A stretch of 43,498 nucleotides of DNA from NCBI GenBank assembly GCA_041744735.1, contig JBGTKH010000387.1:1-43498 (forward strand), in the 5' to 3' direction. The DNA is from Pirellulaceae bacterium (lineage in GTDB: Bacteria; Planctomycetota; Planctomycetia; Pirellulales; Pirellulaceae). Each line of letters begins with the position of its first letter. The stretch's first letter is position 1. Positions 16,462 through 23,904 of this stretch are shown in pieces. The position numbers were made by a program, and so were the translations under genes. A model generated the notes under the pieces. That model did not search any database. It was not told where the DNA came from and was given only the letters and a program-made list of their open reading frames with translations.

Positions 16462-18458
16462 AGACACGCCGGAACCCATTCACGACCCTTTACGTTACCG
16501 AGCGACTCGATCAGGCGGATTTTCCCGCATTGTTCAGCCCCGTGCTTGTACCGCACATCACGCCCCTTTTTGAAGCGGGCAATGTCGTGGTGAAGGGAAC
16601 GCAGGGTACGGGCAAGTCGATGTTGCTGGCCCTGCTGCGGACCGAAGTACGCATGGCGTATGCAGAATCCATGACGGACGAGTACCCAATCGACGATAAG
16701 GATATTTGTCAATTCCTCTGTGCGGGCATCAACCTTTCGACAGACCAAGCGCTGCGGTCGGCGGGCCGTTGGAGCGGCAGCGGCAGGGACCGCGATGACG
16801 AATTACGATTGTGTTTCGTTGATTACGTCAACTCATGGATTCTTCGGGATCTTCTTCAATCCATCGACGTATTGCTCTCACGGCCCGGAGTCCTGTGGGC
16901 TCCATTGGAACTGGGCGGAAACGGCGATGCATTCGTGCAGTCGCTCCGACTGATGGCCAAGCATCCGAGCATCCCCATTCGAACGAGCGACCGGATTACA
17001 CCGCGAACCGCGGTGGCCGAACTGACCGAGCGCATCGACGGCTATCTTCGATTCTTCAATGGCAGACCCAAGCAGTTGCCTGCGGAAGTCACCGAGAGTC
17101 AAACGCAATCGCTAGGACAACCGATAGCGGACGCCGTGGAAATGTTGCAGCAGGCAGGATGTCTTGCACGGTCGACCAGGGTTCTGATTATGCTTGACCA
17201 GTTCGAGCAGTTGCTGGAACTGGAGGCCTGCTTACCGAATCGGCCATACGGGTTGCTCCGCGACACGATCGAGCAGGCGTTGCATCGACGGAAGGCGACG
17301 TTGAATTTTCGGATTGGCACGCGGCCCTACGCCTGGAATGAACCTGTCGGCGAAGCCATTCGGGACTACTTAGCGCTCAATCTCGACGACATGCTGGCCC
17401 GAAAAGAACACGGAAACCGCAAATTGTTTCCCTCCCTGGCGTCCGACGTGTTTGCGCGGAGATTACGGGTTTACGGCTATCGAGAACTGGCAGATGCCAC
17501 CGACCCGGTAAGTTCGGCGTTCGGTCCGTATCCTCGACCGCGAAAACGAGTGAAGTCTATCGGAGCCAACGTGGACTGGTCGCAAAGGATGTCCATCCCC
17601 CAACGAGTCGACGCGGAGATTGCGGGGCGGCTGCGAGCACTCGCGAAGAGTGAACCGCTCGAAGCCAAACTCGGTGTTGCATGGGCGCTGCAAAAGGCCG
17701 AGGAGTGTGACCTCAAGGAATTTGCCGTGGAAGAGATCGACGACCTGCCGTGGAACAAAGGCAAAGGCTGGTGGAAGAAAGAGAGGTTGCATCTCGCTAT
17801 TCTGCAACTGGCCTCCGACAACCGCCAGAAGGTCGTGATGTTCGGAAAAAAGGATCTTCTCGATCTGTCCGGACAGAATGTCCTAACATTCACGAGTATT
17901 TGCCAACACATCTGGGAATGTTGGATTCGTCATCTTGCCATCGAAAAAATATCCGAGCCGCGGTTTCCGATCGATTCTAAGCTGCAAACCGAAGGAATTC
18001 TGTGGGCCAGTGACACATGGCATCAAAAGATTTCCCAGGAATCTTGGGTCGGTGACACGTTACTTGCTTTTGTCGACGAACTAGGCAATAGACTTCGTCG
18101 AATGCTCATAGACGATGAAGCCATGTCCTATCCAGGCGGAAATGGGATTTCATTGGCCAACCGCGATCTGAGGGCGTTTCCCCAGGTCCGACAGATACTG
18201 AGCGAGGCATCCGGACGTGGCTTCCTTCTACAGCGAAGGCACACGCCCAAGAACCGCGCTCGGGGCGAGTCCACGAAATGGTATTTGCATCCTGTTCTTG
18301 CGCCTTACTATGAAGTCACGCTGAATCACACCAAAGAGCCCCGTTACGTTTCTGGGGCAGAGGTGCAAGCCTGGCTCGAGCGAGCGGGGGTCGCGCTGTC
18401 CGCCCCCGCCAAGGAACAACAGTTGACGCTGCCCGGCGTTGAGGACGCGACATCATGA
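16458..18458 (+). CDS. P-loop NTPase (AAA/ORC-Cdc6-like or STAND-like) with a large uncharacterised C-terminal region
   Basis: The GTG at 16458 overlaps the preceding TGA (GTGA). Walker A is VVVKGTQGTGKSMLL, near the N-terminus and preceded by NPFTTLYV. The Walker B candidate is RVLIMLDQFEQL, about 230 aa downstream. About 666 aa. No nuclease motif seen by eye. Confidence 0.7.
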   Translation: MKTRRNPFTTLYVTERLDQADFPALFSPVLVPHITPLFEAGNVVVKGTQGTGKSMLLALLRTEVRMAYAESMTDEYPIDDKDICQFLCAGINLSTDQALRSAGRWSGSGRDRDDELRLCFVDYVNSWILRDLLQSIDVLLSRPGVLWAPLELGGNGDAFVQSLRLMAKHPSIPIRTSDRITPRTAVAELTERIDGYLRFFNGRPKQLPAEVTESQTQSLGQPIADAVEMLQQAGCLARSTRVLIMLDQFEQLLELEACLPNRPYGLLRDTIEQALHRRKATLNFRIGTRPYAWNEPVGEAIRDYLALNLDDMLARKEHGNRKLFPSLASDVFARRLRVYGYRELADATDPVSSAFGPYPRPRKRVKSIGANVDWSQRMSIPQRVDAEIAGRLRALAKSEPLEAKLGVAWALQKAEECDLKEFAVEEIDDLPWNKGKGWWKKERLHLAILQLASDNRQKVVMFGKKDLLDLSGQNVLTFTSICQHIWECWIRHLAIEKISEPRFPIDSKLQTEGILWASDTWHQKISQESWVGDTLLAFVDELGNRLRRMLIDDEAMSYPGGNGISLANRDLRAFPQVRQILSEASGRGFLLQRRHTPKNRARGESTKWYLHPVLAPYYEVTLNHTKEPRYVSGAEVQAWLERAGVALSAPAKEQQLTLPGVEDATS

Positions 18459-19468
18459 CGGCGCGCTATCGGCCTTCAGGGCCACTGCGATGGACAATCG
18501 AAAGATTACCGAATCAGGTCGAATGGGATTTGATCGGCTCGGTCGCCGCCGAACCGCGCGCAAACGAAGTTGCCAGAGAATTGGTTTCGCTCGGTAAACT
18601 ACGCTCGTCCCAGTTCTTGTGCGTTGAGGATGAACCGAGTGAGTTCCAACCTGCGGTACAGGTCGCCTGCGATCAAAACCGCCGTGAATTGACCGCGATA
18701 CTTGGAGACCCGCCGCAAACATTGAACATGGCCCTGTTTTCCGAGGTCGATGAACTTGATGAGATGTATGACCGGCTGAAAGTAATCATCGGCGAGAACG
18801 TCATACTCGACATTTCAGCCGTACCGAAGAGGTTTTTCTTCTATCTGGTTCGGCGGCTGAGGGACTCAATCCAGGTTAAGAACCTGCTGGTCACGTATGT
18901 ACTGCCTGACAGGTACGGCAAATCCCTCTACCAGAATCCGGGAGGGTGGATGCCGTTACCAGGTTTTGGAATGGAAACTTCAACAACGACCCGGCCGATG
19001 TTGGTTGTCGCGGTAGGCTATCATCACTTAAAACTGCTTGAACTGATCCAGGAACGAACTCCCAAACCCGTACGATTGTTAATGCCGTTTCCGTCTATCC
19101 CGCCTGGCTTCGCGCAGAATTGGGAATTCGTTCGATACGTTCGGGAGCAGGTCGAGTTCAATGCGCGCGATATTCGTCGGGTTGATCCGTTCAGCGTTTC
19201 GCTCGCCTTTGAACACCTGCAATCCCAATGTCTCGGTCATGACGGGGAACTGCTTCTTGCCCCCTTCGGCCCCAAACCGTTATCGTTGGCGATGGCGCTT
19301 TTCGCGCTGGCGCGCGAAGAAGCCGGATTGCCAGTTACGGTGGGTTATACGCAGCCGACGGCGTACAGTGACACGTACTCATTGGGAGTGCGGATCGACC
19401 AGGCCGGCAACGCCGTCATTCACACCTACTGCATCAAGCAAAGTGGCTTGTGCCTATATGAAAATTGA
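18455..19468 (+). CDS. hypothetical protein; two Rossmann-like halves each carrying a CARF-like motif
   Basis: The ATG at 18455 overlaps the preceding TGA (ATGA). Motif D119-I-S-A-V-P-K125 fits [DN]x[ST]xxx[RK]. A second, similar element is LLLAPFGPKPLSLAMALFAL (residues 266-285). No family recognised. Confidence 0.6.
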   Translation: MTARYRPSGPLRWTIERLPNQVEWDLIGSVAAEPRANEVARELVSLGKLRSSQFLCVEDEPSEFQPAVQVACDQNRRELTAILGDPPQTLNMALFSEVDELDEMYDRLKVIIGENVILDISAVPKRFFFYLVRRLRDSIQVKNLLVTYVLPDRYGKSLYQNPGGWMPLPGFGMETSTTTRPMLVVAVGYHHLKLLELIQERTPKPVRLLMPFPSIPPGFAQNWEFVRYVREQVEFNARDIRRVDPFSVSLAFEHLQSQCLGHDGELLLAPFGPKPLSLAMALFALAREEAGLPVTVGYTQPTAYSDTYSLGVRIDQAGNAVIHTYCIKQSGLCLYEN

Positions 19469-19480
19469 AGGCCGACAGTC

Positions 19481-20176
19481 GTGACGAAAGCCCTGAACAT
19501 AACGCAACCGACAAAGCAGCGAATTCACAAAGTTCACCGGCTGCTTGCCGCGGAATATCCCGACACCGTGCTGGGAAACAAGCGAAATCCGTTGGACGAG
19601 TACCTGTATATTTATCTCTCGTTGCGGACGCACGAGCGAGGATTCGACGCTGCATACAAGGGTTTCAAGCGTCGCTTTCCGACATGGCAATCAGCGTTCC
19701 GTGCCACGCGGAAGCAAATCGCGCGGGCCATTCGGCCGGCAGGCTTGGCGGACCAGAAGGCCGGAAGGATCAAACAGGCCTTGCGGATCATCAAGTCGGC
19801 GTTTGGCGAGGTGTCGTTACGTAGGCTAAAGCACTGTTCAGCGGACGATGCGGAAGCATTCCTCATGCGACTTCCCGGCATTGGCGTCAAAAGCGCACGT
19901 TGCATCATGATGTACGCACTTGGCTTTGACGTTCTCCCCGTCGATACGCACGTTGCCCGGATATCAACGCGATTGGGTTGGATTGACGTTGGCCAAACAG
20001 ATCTTCACGATGAGTTACAAGATTTGGTTCCGCCGAGTTTGCGTTTTGGTTTACACGTCCGCTTCGTCCAACACGGTCGTGCGATTTGCCGCGGTCAACA
20101 TCCGAAATGTGCCCGTTGTTGTTTGGCAGGCATCTGCCAGCGCGTCAGGGTGACGCAAACGGGCCAACCCAATTGA
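19481..20176 (+). CDS. endonuclease III-like HhH-GPD DNA glycosylase with a [4Fe-4S] cluster loop
   Basis: GTG start 12 nt after the preceding stop. Helix-hairpin-helix LPGIGVKSARCIMMYALG retains the Nth-type Lys. It is followed by PVDTHVARISTRLGW (catalytic Asp). C-terminal CRGQHPKCARCCLAGIC has the exact C-x6-C-x2-C-x5-C spacing. Confidence 0.88.
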   Translation: MTKALNITQPTKQRIHKVHRLLAAEYPDTVLGNKRNPLDEYLYIYLSLRTHERGFDAAYKGFKRRFPTWQSAFRATRKQIARAIRPAGLADQKAGRIKQALRIIKSAFGEVSLRRLKHCSADDAEAFLMRLPGIGVKSARCIMMYALGFDVLPVDTHVARISTRLGWIDVGQTDLHDELQDLVPPSLRFGLHVRFVQHGRAICRGQHPKCARCCLAGICQRVRVTQTGQPN

Positions 20177-20296
20177 CATAAATCAACCATGGCGATTCGC
20201 AAACGATTTCGGCTGCCGGCGCATTTCCTGGCGCGTGCCGACCGGCTGGTTCCGCTGCGCGAGGCGGTTCGCTCGGGGTTGGACAGTCCGGCCCTG

Positions 20297-20818
20297 TTAG
20301 GCAGCACCGTCGCCAGGGGACGCCCCAGTGAAATTCGAACTGGCCATCGTCACGAAAATCCTCGCAGTGCAGCAGGGCCAGTCGGAGATGGCCAACGGAT
20401 AGTCGCCCTGCCGCAGAATGGGCGTGACGACCTTATCGGCCTCGAACCAGGCGAACTGCCATTCCTGCTGCACGTAGGCCGAGCTGACCGCACTGGGCCC
20501 GACGACTAGCAGCAAGCGGTCGCGGGCGGCGACGGCCTCGCGAAGCTCCTGATGGAAGGTCAATCCCCGCGAGGGCATGTGTACGCGGTCGAACCAGACG
20601 TCGAAGCCCCGAGCGGTCAGCGCATCATACAACCGCCGCACAAACGGCTCGTCATCCCCGCGGGCATACGACAGAAAGAGAGCAGGCCGCGCCGGTGTTT
20701 TTGGGCTTGCCAGTTGTGCCGTGGGACCATCCTCAGCAACCTCGACCTGCCCGTGCTCCGGACAGATCCAGAACGAGCCCACTTGCGCCAGTTCAGTTTG
20801 ACATTTGGGACAACGCAT
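20297..20818 (-). CDS. zinc-ribbon / TIR domain protein
   Basis: N-terminal MRCPKCQTEL...WICPEHG (C-x2-C...C-x-x-H ribbon). Then a TIR-like core ALFLSYARGDDEPFVRRLYDALTARGFDVWFD ... LLLVVGPSAVSSAYVQQEWQFA, with a conserved Glu candidate. Confidence 0.75.
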   Translation of the reverse strand: MRCPKCQTELAQVGSFWICPEHGQVEVAEDGPTAQLASPKTPARPALFLSYARGDDEPFVRRLYDALTARGFDVWFDRVHMPSRGLTFHQELREAVAARDRLLLVVGPSAVSSAYVQQEWQFAWFEADKVVTPILRQGDYPLAISDWPCCTARIFVTMASSNFTGASPGDGAA

Positions 20819-21183
20819 GTGCGCGCCCTTTTGCTCGACCAGGTAAACAGAAAAAAACTCGGTTGGTCAACTGCGATTGTCCAACATATCACAGAGGATT
20901 TCCAGTTCCGTGACCGAGAAAGCAAGGTGATCCTTCACCACTCCTGCCGCTCAAGCATGTCGTACGGAACGTCTTCGCGCTTCGGCACCCAGCCGTATCG
21001 CTCGCCCTTGAGTGGTTCGGGACTGCCGATCCCATCAAAAAAAGCGCGACAGATGTCAGCGAGCAACTGATTGATGCGATTGAGCAACTTGTGGTCGTGC
21101 TGCTGGAGCCACAGCTAGACTTGATTGCGTCACGTTGGCTGCTGTTGTATTGTGTTGCCTCTGATGCGGCTGGACGATCAAAA

Positions 21184-21375
21184 TCACTCGTCGTTTCTGT
21201 CTCGCGCCTCAAGCCCGCTCTCTACCTCGTCCTCTGGTTCTACTGGAATGCCGTGGCGTTCATCGAGCCAGCGGCCGAGGTCGATTTGGCGGCAGCGCTC
21301 GCTGCAGAAAGGCATGGCGGGGGTTCGCTCGGAGTCGAACTTCGTCTGGCACGTGGGACAGCGAATCAAGGCCAT
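21184..21375 (-). CDS. yacG: DNA gyrase inhibitor YacG (zinc finger)
   Basis: MALIRCPTCQTKF...PFCSERCRQIDLGRWL is the YacG signature. 63 aa. Confidence 0.85.
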   Translation of the reverse strand: MALIRCPTCQTKFDSERTPAMPFCSERCRQIDLGRWLDERHGIPVEPEDEVESGLEARDRNDE

Positions 21376-21382
21376 GTGACGC

Positions 21383-21754
21383 CTACTTAGGTTTTGTCTT
21401 ATTCGCCGAGGCGCCTTTGGAATCGGTGGCTTTCGGTTCCGACGGCTTGGTTTCGGATTTGGTTTCGGACTTGGATTCCGATTTTGAATCTGATTTTGAT
21501 TCGGACGTGTTGCTGGAACTGCTTTCCGATGCCGCGGACTTATCTGCTTCCGCGCTCTTCTTATACGAATCGCTGCGATAGTCGGTCTGATAGAAGCCCG
21601 AGCCTTTGAACATCACGGCGGCACCGGTGCCGAACAGGCGGCGGAGTTTCGATCGCTTGCAGGCGGGGCATTTTTTCTTGGGCGTTGCGGTGATCGACTG
21701 GAACAGTTCGAACTCGTGCCCGCAGGCGTCGCATTCATAATCGTAGGTAGGCAT
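21383..21754 (-). CDS. FmdB-family zinc-ribbon protein (CxxC_CxxC_SSSS) with a low-complexity Ser/Lys/Glu/Thr tail
   Basis: MPTYDYECDACGHEFE...KKCPACK...RLF. The C-terminal tail SESKSDSKSESKSETKSETK is encoded by short tandem repeats at about 21440-21500. Confidence 0.85.
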   Translation of the reverse strand: MPTYDYECDACGHEFELFQSITATPKKKCPACKRSKLRRLFGTGAAVMFKGSGFYQTDYRSDSYKKSAEADKSAASESSSSNTSESKSDSKSESKSETKSETKPSEPKATDSKGASANKTKPK

Positions 21755-21766
21755 AGTGACAGGTCC

Positions 21767-22384
21767 TCAATCGGTGTGGTGGGGAGAATTGGATTCTTGG
21801 CTGGATTGTGCGAGCCCGGTGGAGACGAACACTTGCGCGGGCCGCACGACGCGGTCATGCAGTTGGTAGCCGGCCTGGGTCACGCGCGTCACAGTGCTGG
21901 GCGGATGTTCGTCGCTGGGCTCTTGGGCGATGGCTTGGTGAACGTGCGGGTCGAACGGCGCACCGTGCGCGTCGATCCGCTGGCAACCATGCTGCTCCAA
22001 CACGTTATGCAACTGCATGGCCACCATCTTTACTCCGTCCAGCAACCCGGCCGCATTTTCGCTTTGTTCGGCAGAGTCGATCGCCCGCTGCAGGTTGTCG
22101 ACTACGTTCAACAGGCCTCGCATCAGCGGTAGCGCCGCGTAACGCTTCTCGTCTTCCAACTCGCGACGGGATCGCTTGCGGTAATTTTCCAACTCCGCCT
22201 GTACTCGCAGCACACGGTCGTTGGCCGCCTTCACGTCCGCTTCTAACCGCTGTATCTCTTCGTGCAGATCGGGTTCGCTCGGCACGCCGGCTACGTCAGC
22301 CTGAGGCTGGCTGTGCGCAGGTGCGCTGGTCGGCTCATCCGCGGCGGTTTGGTTTTCCGGTTGAGGTATACTGTTATCGATCAT
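21767..22384 (-). CDS. grpE: nucleotide exchange factor GrpE
   Basis: Coiled-coil N-terminal part (RLEADVKAANDRVLRVQAELENYRKR) and a GrpE beta-domain (FDPHVHQAI...V..V.QAGYQLHDRVVRPAQV). Confidence 0.9.
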   Translation of the reverse strand: MIDNSIPQPENQTAADEPTSAPAHSQPQADVAGVPSEPDLHEEIQRLEADVKAANDRVLRVQAELENYRKRSRRELEDEKRYAALPLMRGLLNVVDNLQRAIDSAEQSENAAGLLDGVKMVAMQLHNVLEQHGCQRIDAHGAPFDPHVHQAIAQEPSDEHPPSTVTRVTQAGYQLHDRVVRPAQVFVSTGLAQSSQESNSPHHTD

Positions 22385-22389
22385 GGCGA

Positions 22390-23568
<1,179 letters not shown>

Positions 23569-23597
23569 TTAAGTGACAGCTAATTATACCCTACGCT

Positions 23598-23724
23598 GAA
23601 TTTGGAGTGCGGCGACTCGTCGCCGCTTTCGGAATTTGACAGGTCCAATTACGAAGCTAACTAACGAATTCGGAATAAATCTAAAACTCCTAAAGCGGCG
23701 ACGAGTCGCCGCACTCCAAATTCC
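23598..23724. repeat. inverted pair of REP-like palindromic elements (core aatttggagtgcggcgactcgtcgccgcttt)
   Basis: The 31-nt core at 23599-23629 recurs as its reverse complement at 23693-23723. Each core itself contains an 8-bp-stem palindrome gcggcgac-tc-gtcgccgc. A third, diverged copy lies at 32795-32833. Confidence 0.85.
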
Positions 23725-23756
23725 AAAAAACAGGCCACCTCGCAAAGAAGTGGCCC
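23725..23756 (-). terminator. Rho-independent terminator candidate for the groEL operon
   Basis: The minus strand reads ggccacttctttgcgaggtggcc followed by tgttttttgg: a GC-rich stem of 6-8 bp plus a T-run. It lies about 150 nt downstream of the groEL stop at 23905. Confidence 0.6.
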
Positions 23757-23763
23757 GGGAACA

Positions 23764-23892
23764 AATTACGAATGACGAATGACTAATGACGAAAGAATGT
23801 CGAATGACTAATGACGAAGGTTGAAGCCGAAATAGTATTCACAATTCGACATTCGTGCTACGTCATTCTTTCGTCATTCGTAATTCGTCATT
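23764..23892. repeat. imperfect inverted low-complexity repeat built from (a)atgacgaa / ttcgtcat(t) units
   Basis: The left side is attacgaatgacgaatgactaatgacgaaagaatgtcgaatgactaatgacgaa. The right side is cgacattcgtgctacgtcattctttcgtcattcgtaattcgtcatt. The two sides are approximate reverse complements. It sits immediately downstream of the groEL stop. Confidence 0.7.
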
Positions 23893-23904
23893 ATTACTCG
23901 GTCC

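Noticed and set aside
20552-21070. 172-aa plus-strand ORF, plus the 107-aa ORF 20889..21212 (minus)
   Set aside because: The first is mostly antisense to the TIR gene. The second is Ser/Thr/Cys-rich, has no features, and overlaps yacG.
20935-21114. 59-codon open frame on the minus strand (...NRINQLLADICRAFFDGIGSPEPLKGERYGWVPKREDVPYDMLERQEW)
   Set aside because: It looks protein-like but has no ATG or GTG start after the upstream TAG and falls below the ORF-track threshold. I treat it as a possible gene remnant and mention it under the island finding, but do not call it as a feature.
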